Below, piece by piece: positions 44,713 through 56,160 of a stretch of DNA of 64,000 bases (position 1 is its first letter; every line of letters starts with the position of its first letter). Below the pieces are notes generated by a model. It was not told the origin of the DNA. It saw nothing but the letters and a program-made list of their open reading frames with translations, and did no database searches. The position numbers and the translations under genes were made by a program. The stretch lies in IMG/VR virus record IMGVR_UViG_3300034101_003554, positions 32,001 through 96,000 of that record. One strand, 5' to 3'. This DNA comes from a virus.

Positions 44713-46083
44713 ATGAAAAGAATTTTGTATGAAGCCCCAATTGATGATTTTATCAGTAAAGAATCAATGGAAAAAATAAACGTGGCTCAAATTAGAAAAT
44801 ATAATACCAACAAAACTGAAGGTGGTAGTAGCTATGAAATGGGAAATTTAATGCGTGGGTTACCAAATAAGGAAGCACCATACAAAAGACAATTAGTCCA
44901 ATTGGCCATTGATAAATTTTTAGAAAATTTTTATGAGATTAAAGAAAAGATAGACGAGGGATTAGTTTCGTTAGATGTTCAAATTTCAACAACACCAGCC
45001 GCTAGAAGACCTCAAAAAAAGGTTACACCTGAAGAAATAGAGCAAGCACAAAAAAAAGACCCATTATTTAATGAACGAATAAAAGGAAGAAATTTTCAAA
45101 ATGCTATAACACAAGGTAATAGTTGGAATCGTGGTTTTGATTTTGAAAATGATAAAGAATTTTTAGATGATATTGAAGATATTATTAACTATGTTGATTC
45201 AACCCAAGGTGGTGAACGTAACCGTAGATATGACGATGACGATGAGGGATTAGTTGAAAAATATAAAAAATTTGGTAAATCTGCAACAGTTTTTTATAAT
45301 GATAATTTAGCTCAATTGGAGAGTATGGCAAAAAACGCGTCAGGTGTTGCTGCGTATTGTGAAATTGTTAATGACCCAACGAATCCTAAAGCTTATATAT
45401 TAGTAGTTAGAGCCCCTAACTTTCCTTTATTAATGCACGAATTAGAAAAAGTTGGTGAGGATTTTCTAACTTATCTTTATATGTCAAAAGATAAAGTTGT
45501 AAAAGATGCTCTTGTAAAAACAACTGATGTTCATGACCATGAAATAAGAAATATGCTTACAGGAAAACAAATAAGTTTAGGACTTAATTATCATATTAAA
45601 CCTCACATTGATACGGCAATTAATCAATTTATAAAAGAAAAAAGATTACCAACCAATGAAAAAGGAGAAGTAACTGAATCAACTATAAAAAAATATGAAA
45701 GATGGTTATATAATATCATAATCAAAAATTTCAACAAATTGGCAAATGATGAAATATTAATGTATAATATGATTATGTATGATGGTATTATTGATGGAAA
45801 GAATAAAGTTAAATTTGAAGGTGAAATGGTAAATCCAATGGAATATTTTGATGAATTTATTGAAATGATTATATATGGTGGAGATGGAAATAAAGGTGCT
45901 GTTGATGTTTTACCAATAATGCAAACAACAACGAGAACAACAACGAGAACAACAACGACAACAACAACTCAAAAATATGAACCTCCAACTTATGATTTTG
46001 ATGACGAAGATGATGATGATGATGATGAACCTCCAACAGATGATATTGATGACGAAGATGGAGAAAGATGGTGGGAAGATTAA
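44713..46083 (+). CDS. hypothetical protein with Thr-rich and acidic tail
   Basis: 456 aa ORF. Confidence 0.7.
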   Translation: MKRILYEAPIDDFISKESMEKINVAQIRKYNTNKTEGGSSYEMGNLMRGLPNKEAPYKRQLVQLAIDKFLENFYEIKEKIDEGLVSLDVQISTTPAARRPQKKVTPEEIEQAQKKDPLFNERIKGRNFQNAITQGNSWNRGFDFENDKEFLDDIEDIINYVDSTQGGERNRRYDDDDEGLVEKYKKFGKSATVFYNDNLAQLESMAKNASGVAAYCEIVNDPTNPKAYILVVRAPNFPLLMHELEKVGEDFLTYLYMSKDKVVKDALVKTTDVHDHEIRNMLTGKQISLGLNYHIKPHIDTAINQFIKEKRLPTNEKGEVTESTIKKYERWLYNIIIKNFNKLANDEILMYNMIMYDGIIDGKNKVKFEGEMVNPMEYFDEFIEMIIYGGDGNKGAVDVLPIMQTTTRTTTRTTTTTTTQKYEPPTYDFDDEDDDDDDEPPTDDIDDEDGERWWED

Positions 46084-46141
46084 AATAAAAACCCTCATTT
46101 AGAAATAAGTGGGGGTTTTTATATTTATATAAAAAGATTAT

Positions 46142-47905
46142 ATGAGTTTAACAAAAGAACAAGTAATGATTGAATATCTTAAGTGTATGAAAGATACCCC
46201 ATACGCGTTAAGAACATATCTGGAAACCTATGATAATACTGTATCAAAATATGTTCCATTAGAGTTATTTCCAGACCAAATATCATTATTAAAAGATTAT
46301 GAAGATTTTAATGAAAACATCGCATTAAAGTATAGACAAGCTGGTGTATCAACAGTAACTGCAGCTTGGGTGTCGTTAAAAATTGCTTTTGCCAAAAAGA
46401 CAAAACCTGAAAAGATTCTAATCATTGCCAACAAATTGGATACATCTATGGAGATGGCAAATAAAATAAGAATGTTTATTGGTCAATGGCCTAGTTGGGT
46501 TGGAATTGATTTTTCAACTGATAAAAATTCACAAAAACATTACAAGACAAACAATGGATGTGAAGTAAAAGCTGTGGCGACATCAAAGGATGCTCTACGT
46601 GGTTTTACACCAACAATCCTAGTATTTGACGAAGCCGCATTTATTGACGCGGATTCAGACTTTTGGGCGGCTTGTATGGCCTCACTATCAACTGGGGGTA
46701 AAGTTATTGTAGTGTCAACTCCAAATGGATATGACCCAATTTATTATGAGATTTATAACCAAGCAAATAGAGGAATGAATGATTTCAAAATTTCTGAAAT
46801 GTATTGGTTTAGAGACCCAAGATATACAAAAGATTTATATCTAGTCAAAACACAAGATGTTGTTCATTATCTTCGTAATAAAACGGAATATAGTGATAGT
46901 GATGTTATAAGTTGGGAACATATTCCATTTGAAAAAAGAAATTACGAGGAACTTAAATTAATGATGAATTCAGGGTACAAACCTTGTTCATCTTGGTTTG
47001 AGGGAATGGTAAAGAAACTTAAGTATGATAAAAGAAAAGTTTCCCAAGAATTAGAATGTAATTTTCTTGGGTCAGGTGATAATGTATTTGATTCTCTTTT
47101 AATGCAGAGAGTTAAAGAAAATATGATTAAAGAACCCCAAAATAAAATGATGGGTAATTCTTTATGGATATGGAAAGAACCTGTAATGGGACACAAGTAT
47201 GTTATGGGTGTGGATGTCAGTAGAGGGGATAGTGAAGACTTTAGTTCTTTCCAAATTATTGATTTTGATACAAGAGAACAAGTTGCAGAATATGTTGGGA
47301 AATTACCTCCAGATACAATGGCTGAAATATGTTATAAGTGGGGTAATATGTATAATTGTTTTATTGTAATAGATATAACTGGTGGTATGGGGGTTTCAAC
47401 ATCAAGAAAATTACAAGAGTTGGGTTATAAAAATTTATATGTGGATGGGGTTGATTTGGCGAACAAATGGAAGTATGACCCCAAGGCATTGGATAAAATT
47501 CCTGGACTTAATTTTAATAATAAACGTGTTCAGATAATTGCATCATTTGAGGAAGCAATGAGACATGAATTTAAGATATATAGTTCAAGGTTATTTGATG
47601 AGATGAACACCTTTATTTATGTAAATGGAAGACCAGACCACCAAAAGGGACAACACGATGACTTAATAATGTCAATTGCAATGGCGACTTATGTTGCCGA
47701 ATCATCTTTCAGCAGTTTGGAAAAAGTTACAGAACAAACAAAAGCAATGTTGGAATCTTGGTCTGTAAGTAATAATGAAAATATGGGGAAACAATTGGAG
47801 TTTAATCCAGTAATACCATATGGGCATGAAAGAATTAACCAAAGAAATCAAAATCTAAGTAGAGAAGATTATCAAAAATATGGTTGGTTATTTGGTGGAA
47901 GATAA
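46142..47905 (+). CDS. terminase large subunit
   Basis: KYRQAGVST Walker A, LVFDEAAF, STPNG, GVDVSRG, HDDLIM. Confidence 0.95.
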   Translation: MSLTKEQVMIEYLKCMKDTPYALRTYLETYDNTVSKYVPLELFPDQISLLKDYEDFNENIALKYRQAGVSTVTAAWVSLKIAFAKKTKPEKILIIANKLDTSMEMANKIRMFIGQWPSWVGIDFSTDKNSQKHYKTNNGCEVKAVATSKDALRGFTPTILVFDEAAFIDADSDFWAACMASLSTGGKVIVVSTPNGYDPIYYEIYNQANRGMNDFKISEMYWFRDPRYTKDLYLVKTQDVVHYLRNKTEYSDSDVISWEHIPFEKRNYEELKLMMNSGYKPCSSWFEGMVKKLKYDKRKVSQELECNFLGSGDNVFDSLLMQRVKENMIKEPQNKMMGNSLWIWKEPVMGHKYVMGVDVSRGDSEDFSSFQIIDFDTREQVAEYVGKLPPDTMAEICYKWGNMYNCFIVIDITGGMGVSTSRKLQELGYKNLYVDGVDLANKWKYDPKALDKIPGLNFNNKRVQIIASFEEAMRHEFKIYSSRLFDEMNTFIYVNGRPDHQKGQHDDLIMSIAMATYVAESSFSSLEKVTEQTKAMLESWSVSNNENMGKQLEFNPVIPYGHERINQRNQNLSREDYQKYGWLFGGR

Positions 47906-48111
47906 TATTTATTAAATAAAATAACTTATGGGATACATTAGAAGAAAAAAAAGTGGTAAAATAATTAATGGTTCAAATATGATTGTACCTAATCAAGGGA
48001 TTAGTTTAGTTAATCCTGGGGGTGATAATAAAATAAATCAACAAAAAAAAATAGATACCAACGCACCTAGTTAATTATTTATTTAAACTAAAATGGTGTT
48101 AAAATGTTTTT

Positions 48112-49938
48112 ATGGAACAAAATGAAAAAAATTTAACAATATGGCAAAGGTTAACTCAAACCTTTGGACCTAATTCTTTATTAAATCAAGATTATCCAAC
48201 ATATAAGTTTGATAAAAAAGAATTATTACGTACTACATCTAAACAAGAATATGATAAAGAGTTATTACAAGCTCAACAAACATATTACTTGGCAAATCAA
48301 TGGACTAAAATAGAAAGTAATTTATATACTCAAGCGGTGTATTATGAACCAACTAGATTAGCTTCATTTTACGATTACGAATCTATGGAATATACACCTG
48401 AAATATCTGCAGCTTTGGACATTTATGGTGAAGAATCAACTACTGTTGACCATAATGGTAATATGTTACAAATATACTCAGAGTCAAAAAGGATTAAATC
48501 AATTTTAACTGATTTATTTAACAATGCTTTAGACATTAATACAAACCTACCAATGTGGACAAGAAATACTTGTAAGTATGGTGATAATTTTGTTTATCTT
48601 AAACTTGACTCGGAAAAAGGTATTGTTGGTTGTATGCAACTACCAAACATTGAAATTGAGCGTTTGGAACGAGGTACGCCAGCTCAGGCTACAAGACAAA
48701 ATACTGAAGAACCCGCAGAAAACAAAGGTTTACGATTTAAATGGAAAGTGAAAGATATGGAATTTAATGCTTGGGAAATCGCTCATTTCCGTTTACTAGG
48801 TGATGATAGAAAACTTCCATATGGTACATCAATGTTGGAAAAAGCAAGACGTATTTGGAAACAATTATTATTATCTGAGGATGCTATGTTGATATATAGA
48901 ACTTCACGCGCACCAGAAAGACGTGTATTCAAAGTATTTGTTGGTAATATGGATGATAAAGATGTTGAATCGTATGTACAACGTGTTGCCAATAAATTTA
49001 AACGTAGTCAAGTAGTTGATTCTCAGACAGGTAATGTAGATATGAGATTTAATCAAATGGCGGTTGACCAAGATTATTTTATCCCAGTAAGGGATGCCGC
49101 AACAGCAAGTCCAATTGAAACTTTGGCGGGTGGTACAAACTTGGGTGAAATTGCCGATATTGAATACATCCAAAAGAAATTATTGACAGCACTTCGTGTA
49201 CCTAAAGCTTTCTTAGGTTTTGAAGAACCCGTTGGTGATGGTAAAAATCTTTCTTTGATTGATATAAGATTCGCTAGAACAATCAATAGAATACAAAAAT
49301 GTATGATAGCTGAATTAAATAAGATTGCAATTATACATTTATTCCTTTTAGGTTTTGAAGATGAGTTAAATAATTTCACATTGGGATTAACAAATCCATC
49401 AAGTCAGGCTGATTTATTAAAACTTGATGTTTGGAAAGAAAAATTTGTGACATATAAAGAGGCGACAACTGCCGATCAAACTGGTTTTATGCCAGTATCA
49501 ATCACTTGGGCTAAAAAACATATTTTAGGATTCTCCGATGAAGAATTAAAACTTGATTTACAACAACAAAGAATTGAAAGGGCTGTTGGGGCTGAATTAA
49601 CTAATACCGCAACAATTATTACTAAAACAGGAATATTTGATAATATTGATAAATTGTATGGTTCAACAACAGGTACTACTGAAGGAGCAGCACAACCACC
49701 ATCTAGTGATATGGGAGGTTCTGGTGATATGGGTTCATCAATACCTCCTCCTCCACTAGGAGGAGCTGAAGAACCAGCAGGGGGTGGACTTACACCTGAA
49801 TCAAATCAAAAGGACAATTTAAATATACTATTAGAAAGCGATAATTTATTGGATGATGACTCATATATTGATTTATCCAAAGCAAGAAATTATTTAGGTG
49901 AAATTGAATCGCAATTAAATAAACTATTAAACTCTTGA
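48112..49938 (+). CDS. portal protein (T4 gp20-like)
   Basis: EDAMLIYRTSRAPERRVF, DYFIP, IETLAGG, ALRVP. Confidence 0.95.
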   Translation: MEQNEKNLTIWQRLTQTFGPNSLLNQDYPTYKFDKKELLRTTSKQEYDKELLQAQQTYYLANQWTKIESNLYTQAVYYEPTRLASFYDYESMEYTPEISAALDIYGEESTTVDHNGNMLQIYSESKRIKSILTDLFNNALDINTNLPMWTRNTCKYGDNFVYLKLDSEKGIVGCMQLPNIEIERLERGTPAQATRQNTEEPAENKGLRFKWKVKDMEFNAWEIAHFRLLGDDRKLPYGTSMLEKARRIWKQLLLSEDAMLIYRTSRAPERRVFKVFVGNMDDKDVESYVQRVANKFKRSQVVDSQTGNVDMRFNQMAVDQDYFIPVRDAATASPIETLAGGTNLGEIADIEYIQKKLLTALRVPKAFLGFEEPVGDGKNLSLIDIRFARTINRIQKCMIAELNKIAIIHLFLLGFEDELNNFTLGLTNPSSQADLLKLDVWKEKFVTYKEATTADQTGFMPVSITWAKKHILGFSDEELKLDLQQQRIERAVGAELTNTATIITKTGIFDNIDKLYGSTTGTTEGAAQPPSSDMGGSGDMGSSIPPPPLGGAEEPAGGGLTPESNQKDNLNILLESDNLLDDDSYIDLSKARNYLGEIESQLNKLLNS

Positions 49939-50000
49939 TATTTATTTTAATAATTTGTTATTGTTTAACAATAAAATAAAAAAAGAAAAAATATAACAAA

Positions 50001-50714
50001 ATGAATTTTGGTTCAATTAAATCAAAAATAGAAAAATTACTTTCGGAGTCTTATTCAAAACAAGAATTAAAACTTGATATGAAAGTATTTAAAACTTTAG
50101 TTTTAGAAAATAAAAATATTAGTAAGTTATTTTATTTATACGATGAGTTAAGTAGTAACAAGGGTATGAGTGAAACTATTGTGAATGATTACATTAATGA
50201 ATGTATCATTATGTATGAAAATATAATAAATAAAATATCTAAAAAAGATTTAAACCAATTAAAATTGTGGGTTTCAGATATTAAATCTGATAATAAATAT
50301 GAAAAAATTGATAATTTGTTTGAGACAAATATTTTCAAATTAGAACATAAAATTTTAAGTAGAAAATTAATTGCAGAATCTCTTAAAAAATCTAACAAAG
50401 AATCAAAAGAAGTTATTAATTTACCAATAAGTACGATGATAAATTTGGCAAACAAAACTATCAATAATTATATTGGTAATATGAATGAATCAGAGAAAGA
50501 AGAACTATCTAAGTTATTAAAGATAGATGAAAAAGATATAAAAGATTCATATCTAAACATTAAAGAAAATGTTTTAGATAAATTAAATAAATTGTTAATT
50601 GACTCCGATACAGAAACATCTGAAAAAATTAGTGAATCAATTTCAAAAATTAAAGATGAGAAATTTGATAAACTAAATTATTACAGATTAAAATCACTTA
50701 ATGATAGTATTTAA
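50001..50714 (+). CDS. hypothetical head-module protein
   Basis: ORF after portal. Confidence 0.7.
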   Translation: MNFGSIKSKIEKLLSESYSKQELKLDMKVFKTLVLENKNISKLFYLYDELSSNKGMSETIVNDYINECIIMYENIINKISKKDLNQLKLWVSDIKSDNKYEKIDNLFETNIFKLEHKILSRKLIAESLKKSNKESKEVINLPISTMINLANKTINNYIGNMNESEKEELSKLLKIDEKDIKDSYLNIKENVLDKLNKLLIDSDTETSEKISESISKIKDEKFDKLNYYRLKSLNDSI

Positions 50715-50715
50715 T

Positions 50716-50901
50716 CTAATTTAAATTTATTTTTTCCACATACTTTGCTTTATTTACTAAATTTCTTCTAGTTACTGAAGGTTTTGTAAATTCTTTTCTA
50801 TTTCTTAACTCAGACATCAATTTAGTTTTGATTACCTTACTCTTAAATAATTTAAGAGCTTTTTCTATTGGTGTCTTATTATCTACGTGTACAATTAACA
50901 T
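50716..50901 (-). CDS. rpsU: ribosomal protein bS21
   Basis: IEKALKLFKSKV..ELRNRKEFTKPSVTRR. Confidence 0.9.
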   Translation of the reverse strand: MLIVHVDNKTPIEKALKLFKSKVIKTKLMSELRNRKEFTKPSVTRRNLVNKAKYVEKINLN

Positions 50902-50996
50902 AAGTTTTAATTTTATTTTGATTTATTATTGTTTTTGACTTATTTAATAAATTTAATTACATTTAATTAAAATAAACAGAAATTAATTTTTTTTTA

Positions 50997-51446
50997 ATGA
51001 AAAAGGGTAAAACCTCAAAAATTATAGGATTCAAAAACACTAAAGTCACTTATGGTACAGTTGATTCATTTGAATTAAAATCAATTTACTTAAATATCCA
51101 AACTTGGGTTGAACCCTATAAAGATTCAGATAATTGGAACAGAGTGGTTTTAAATCTATCTAGGTCAATAAAACATATTGTATTACGGTCAATAAACCAA
51201 AAATTTTTTAAAGAAAATTTTATAGTTGATTTAGACCTAAGACCTAGTGGTATTAACTTAAATAAAAAATCATTTTTAAATCTTGAAATCAATTTATTTA
51301 CAAATATTGAGAGTCTTGACTTTAAAGATAATTTTTTAAAAGAGTCATTGAAAGACTTAACAAAAAATATAATTAATTCAAATTTTAGTAAAAATGATTA
51401 TTTTAATTTCTCAATAACCAAAAAGACTAAGTCTCCAAATGTATAA
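50997..51446 (+). CDS. hypothetical protein
   Basis: 149 aa ORF. Confidence 0.7.
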   Translation: MKKGKTSKIIGFKNTKVTYGTVDSFELKSIYLNIQTWVEPYKDSDNWNRVVLNLSRSIKHIVLRSINQKFFKENFIVDLDLRPSGINLNKKSFLNLEINLFTNIESLDFKDNFLKESLKDLTKNIINSNFSKNDYFNFSITKKTKSPNV

Positions 51447-51482
51447 ATATCAAATTTATGATATTTATGTTAAAAAACATAT

Positions 51483-52202
51483 ATGGACTTAAAAATAATT
51501 AAACCTGGAGAAATTGGTAAGGGAATTTTAATTGAATATGATGCAGGTTATGTATCACCAAGAACTGAACATAATTCATTTATATTAGAACAAAAATCTT
51601 ATTTAGACCATTCCAAACCATTTGAATTCTACGCTGTATTACAAAAATATAATACACCAAATCGTAATGGTAGAATTTATCCAGAAAAGATATTAAAGAG
51701 AGAAGCCGAGAATTATAAAAAGATAATTCAAAAAGGAACATCTTTATCTGAATTAAATCACCCAGAATCATCTTTAATTGACCTTGATAGAGTATCTCAT
51801 ATCATAAATGAAGTTTGGTGGGAAGGTCCTATATTAATGGGTAAACTCAAATTATTAACATCACCAGGATTCCACGAAAGAGGTATAGTATCAACTAAAG
51901 GTGATATGGCGGCAAATTATTTAAGACAAGGTGTTACCCTTGGTATTTCTTCTCGTGGAGTTGGTTCGTTAAAAAAAGTTGGTGAGCAAAATGAAGTCCA
52001 AGATGATTTTGAATTAATTTGTTTTGATTTGGTTTCTTCACCATCAACACCTGGTGCTTATCTTTTCTTAAATAAAGATGATAAACATATGTATGAAGAA
52101 AATCTTGAAGAAGAGAAAAAAATGTCAATAGAAAGAAATGTTGGTGATAGTGGTAATAAATCACTTGATTTAATGAAAAAATTGTCTAAACTTGGGTATT
52201 AG
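51483..52202 (+). CDS. prohead protease (T4 gp21-like)
   Basis: NRNGRIYP, ELNHP, RVSH, GISSRGVGS, DLVSSPS. Confidence 0.95.
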   Translation: MDLKIIKPGEIGKGILIEYDAGYVSPRTEHNSFILEQKSYLDHSKPFEFYAVLQKYNTPNRNGRIYPEKILKREAENYKKIIQKGTSLSELNHPESSLIDLDRVSHIINEVWWEGPILMGKLKLLTSPGFHERGIVSTKGDMAANYLRQGVTLGISSRGVGSLKKVGEQNEVQDDFELICFDLVSSPSTPGAYLFLNKDDKHMYEENLEEEKKMSIERNVGDSGNKSLDLMKKLSKLGY

Positions 52203-52226
52203 TTAATTTAAAAAAATAATATCAAA

Positions 52227-52442
52227 ATGGAAGATGGACAAAAATATTTTGTAGCAAAAATCGCCGAAGATTTGGTTGATGATGAAACAGGTAAAGTTAA
52301 AAAAGTAAAATTGGAAAAATTAGTTATGGGTTACACCCCAACAGATGTTGAAGCTAAAATAACCAAGGTTTACGAACATTACACTTTCAATTGGAGAATT
52401 ACTGCAATAGTAGAAAGTAAAATTGATGAGGTAATTGACTAA
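52227..52442 (+). CDS. hypothetical protein
   Basis: 71 aa ORF. Confidence 0.65.
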   Translation: MEDGQKYFVAKIAEDLVDDETGKVKKVKLEKLVMGYTPTDVEAKITKVYEHYTFNWRITAIVESKIDEVID

Positions 52443-52609
52443 AAGTTTTATTACAAATTTTAATAAGGATAATCCAAAATAAGGGTTATCCTTATTTTTT
52501 TTGTTATATCATAATATTTATTTTATATAAAAACATATTTTTTTGATTTATTTAATCTTAAAAAATATTTTTTTAAAAAATTAACATATTTATAGAATAA
52601 AAAATAAAA

Positions 52610-54205
52610 ATGACAGAAAAAAAATCATTAGTAGAAGAAGCGATAATCCAAATGAAAAATTTGGAGGAATTAGTCGCTGAAAATGCAAAAGGAATACTTG
52701 CGTCAACAATGACAAAAGAAATCAAACAACTAGTAAAAGAATCTCTTAACGAACAAGATGAAGACGAAGAAGAAGTTGAAGATGAAGAAGAAATTGAAGA
52801 CGAAGAAGACATAAACATGGGTGACGAAATGGATATGGAAGACGAAATGGATATGGAAGACGAAATGGATATGGATGATGAAATGGATGGTATGAGTCAA
52901 GTGCAGATGGGGGACGATAAAACCTTAGACTTGACAAATATGGATACAGATTCTGTTGTCAAGATTTTTTCAGCATTAGATAGTGAAACTGAAGTTGAAG
53001 TCATTCCTGACCAACAAAAAGGTAAAGTGCATTTTAAAGATAAACGCACAAATAAAGAATATATTGTTATGTCAGAAAGCGAAATTGAAAGAGAAGTTAC
53101 TAGTGCAATACATGATACTTTTTCTGAAAGTGATTACATTGACGATGAAGAAGATTTTGACTTCATTCCTGAATACGAAGAAGATGAAGAAGAAGATTTT
53201 GACTTCATTCCTGAATACGAAGAAGATGAAGAAGAAGAATTTGATTTTCCTAAAGAGGAAGAAGGTTTTGAAAGTTCTTATGGAATCCAATACGAAGATG
53301 AAACTTTATACGAAATTGAAATGGAAGACGGAATGGACATGATGGAAATGGACAATGAGATGGATATGATGGAAATGGATATGGAAGATGAAACTTTATA
53401 CGAAATTGAAATGGAAGAAGACGATGAAGACTTTGAAAGTGATGAGTATATGATGGAATCAAAAAAATCAACAAAAAAACCAAAAGGTATGGGTTTTGGT
53501 TCAGCATCTAAATTCAAATTTCCAAGTAAAACTACTGATTACCCAACTAAAAAACAAAAACAAGGCACTAAAGGTGTAGGTATGGGTAAAGGTCCTAAAA
53601 AAGACATATATAAATCTGACTCTCCAAGTTTTGATGGTGAATTCTCTAAGAAACCAACCAAATCAAAAGAAACAAAAGGAAGTATGATGATGAAGCCTAA
53701 AAAAGTAGAAACAAAAGAGGCCGCACGTACTTTAGGAAACGGAAAATATTGGGGTAGAGATGGTCTTCCAAAACCAAGAACAGCTCCTCGTCATCTAAGA
53801 AATGAATCTGTTGAGTCTCAAGAATTAAATTTACTTAGAGAAAAAAACGAAGAGTACAGAAAAGCATTAAACATTTTTAGAACTAAACTTGATGAAGTAG
53901 CAATCTTTAATTCAAACTTAGCGTACGCAACTAGATTATTTACAGAACATTCTACATCAAAACAAGAAAAAATTAACATTCTACAAAGATTTGATGGTGT
54001 TGAAACTCTTAAAGAATCTAAAAATCTTTACAAAGTAATTAAAGACGAATTATCGAACACTAAGACTCAACAAGTTAATGAATCAATTGAAAGAACTATT
54101 ACGAAGACACCTTCTACCGGTTCTGCAATTAATTTAATTGAATCAAAAACATATGAAAATCCACAATTCTTAAGAATGAAGGATTTAATGTCAAAATTAA
54201 AATAA
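52610..54205 (+). CDS. prohead scaffold/core protein
   Basis: very acidic with tandem repeats, coiled C-terminus, directly upstream of MCP. Confidence 0.75.
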   Translation: MTEKKSLVEEAIIQMKNLEELVAENAKGILASTMTKEIKQLVKESLNEQDEDEEEVEDEEEIEDEEDINMGDEMDMEDEMDMEDEMDMDDEMDGMSQVQMGDDKTLDLTNMDTDSVVKIFSALDSETEVEVIPDQQKGKVHFKDKRTNKEYIVMSESEIEREVTSAIHDTFSESDYIDDEEDFDFIPEYEEDEEEDFDFIPEYEEDEEEEFDFPKEEEGFESSYGIQYEDETLYEIEMEDGMDMMEMDNEMDMMEMDMEDETLYEIEMEEDDEDFESDEYMMESKKSTKKPKGMGFGSASKFKFPSKTTDYPTKKQKQGTKGVGMGKGPKKDIYKSDSPSFDGEFSKKPTKSKETKGSMMMKPKKVETKEAARTLGNGKYWGRDGLPKPRTAPRHLRNESVESQELNLLREKNEEYRKALNIFRTKLDEVAIFNSNLAYATRLFTEHSTSKQEKINILQRFDGVETLKESKNLYKVIKDELSNTKTQQVNESIERTITKTPSTGSAINLIESKTYENPQFLRMKDLMSKLK

Positions 54206-54241
54206 ACAATAAACAAAATTAAAACAAAAATCAAATACAAA

Positions 54242-56089
54242 ATGGGAGCATTATTAGAAAGCGGTCTTGTTGGTAACATTGGTTTAAAACACCTTAAAGT
54301 TATCAAAGAAGATACTATTAACAAATGGGATAGATTAGGATTCCTTGATGGCCTTAGAGGTCACCTAAAAGAAAATGTTGCACAGTTATATGAAAACCAA
54401 GCATCATTCTTAATCAATGAGGCAACAGCTGATGGAAGTTCTGGTTCATTCGAAACAGTTGTATTTCCAATCGTTAGACGTGTATTCTCTAAATTATTAG
54501 CAAATGATATCGTATCTGTACAAGCTATGAACTTACCTATCGGTAAATTGTTCTACTTCGTACCTAAAATCCAAGGTTATAATGGTGGTGGTAATACCAA
54601 TTCTGGTGAACATTACGGTCCGTTTGGCGCTCCAGGAGGTCCTAGTGAAGTAAACGCAGGTTATGGTGATAGTGCTGGAGCTTATCAAAAAAATCTTTAT
54701 GATTTATTTTACGAAGGTAATGAACCTAGTTTAAATCCTGCCGGATTATTTGATTATTCTAAAGGTCAATGGTCTGCGATTACAACTGGTACAACAGTTC
54801 AAGTTTGGAGTAATGGTCTATTAACAGGTGCTACAGATCAATTTACAGCTAACACTACTATCAGAAAAGTAATCGTTAAACTTTGTAATTTCACTAACTT
54901 AGGTGTTGGTAAACTTATTGCTCCTGATGGTAATGAAATTGACACAGAATCTTTCTTGTCTGATTTGAAGCTTATGGCGACTAGCGCTAAAAGTGAATCA
55001 GCATTCTCATCAGATACTTGTGATGCAATATACAATGTCGATGGAAGTAAAAAATCATTATTGTTTAGAGTTGTAACTCAACAATATGGTAAAGGTATTG
55101 TTTCTCCAACATCAACACCAAATAAAACTACATGGGCTTCTAATGGTGGTGGTGGAACATTCAATGACATTTGTGGTCAAGATGGTTGTATCTATTTAGA
55201 AGTTGACCTTTCTTGTCCAGTATGTGCAACTTGTGATAATTCTAACACAATTGATGGTTACACTGGTACAACTTTAACAAGTACTTTATCTGGAGACGCT
55301 TTCACAGCTGTTTGGAGAAGATACGAAGAACTTGAATTCGAAGATAAAATTGGTGAAGTTTCTTTCGACCTTGAATCAGTAACTGTTTCTGTAACTGAAA
55401 GAAAACTTAGAGCTCAATGGTCTCCTGAACTTGCTCAAGACGTTGCAGCATTCCATAACATTGATGCTGAAGCTGAATTGACGGCTCTTCTTTCTGAACA
55501 AGTTGCTGCTGAAATCGATAGAGAAATCCTTCGTGACCTTAGAAAAGGTGCGGCTTGGAACTTGAGATGGGACTACAACGGATGGAGAAGAATTCAAAAT
55601 ACAACTTCTTACACTCAAAAAGACTGGAACCAAACGTTGATTACTGCTATCAACCAACTTTCAGCTCAAATTCACAAATCAACTCTTAGAGGTGGTGCTA
55701 ACTGGATTGTTGTTTCTTCTGAGGTTTCTGCAATCTTTGATGACTTGGAATACTTCCACGTATCAAATGCTTCTCCTGAGCAAGACCAATACAACATGGG
55801 TATTGAAAGAGTAGGTACATTAGCTGGTAGATACCAAGTATATCGTGACCCTTACTTCCCACCTAACCAAGTGTTAATCGGACATAAAGGTACATCACTT
55901 CTTGATACTGGTTACATCTACGCTCCGTATGTTCCACTTCAATTAACTCCAACAATGTATAATCCATTCAACTTTACTCCTATTAAGGGTATTATGACAC
56001 GTTACGCCAAAAAAATGGTGAACAACAGATTTTATGCCAGAATTACAGTTGATGGTGTTAGAACATTTGACTTACAAGAATTGAGATAG
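54242..56089 (+). CDS. major capsid protein (T4 gp23-like)
   Basis: VSVQAM, RKLRAQWSPELAQD, EIDREI, YAPYVPL, TRYA. Confidence 0.95.
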   Translation: MGALLESGLVGNIGLKHLKVIKEDTINKWDRLGFLDGLRGHLKENVAQLYENQASFLINEATADGSSGSFETVVFPIVRRVFSKLLANDIVSVQAMNLPIGKLFYFVPKIQGYNGGGNTNSGEHYGPFGAPGGPSEVNAGYGDSAGAYQKNLYDLFYEGNEPSLNPAGLFDYSKGQWSAITTGTTVQVWSNGLLTGATDQFTANTTIRKVIVKLCNFTNLGVGKLIAPDGNEIDTESFLSDLKLMATSAKSESAFSSDTCDAIYNVDGSKKSLLFRVVTQQYGKGIVSPTSTPNKTTWASNGGGGTFNDICGQDGCIYLEVDLSCPVCATCDNSNTIDGYTGTTLTSTLSGDAFTAVWRRYEELEFEDKIGEVSFDLESVTVSVTERKLRAQWSPELAQDVAAFHNIDAEAELTALLSEQVAAEIDREILRDLRKGAAWNLRWDYNGWRRIQNTTSYTQKDWNQTLITAINQLSAQIHKSTLRGGANWIVVSSEVSAIFDDLEYFHVSNASPEQDQYNMGIERVGTLAGRYQVYRDPYFPPNQVLIGHKGTSLLDTGYIYAPYVPLQLTPTMYNPFNFTPIKGIMTRYAKKMVNNRFYARITVDGVRTFDLQELR

Positions 56090-56160
56090 TAAATCTTAAT
56101 AAAAAATGACGAGAGGGACAAGTTTTTGTCCCTCTTTTTTTATTAATTTAACATAAATAA

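Noticed and set aside
52800-53430. Tandem repeats in the scaffold gene (also 42240-42320 and 45923-45970)
   Set aside because: In-frame low-complexity protein repeats, not separate elements
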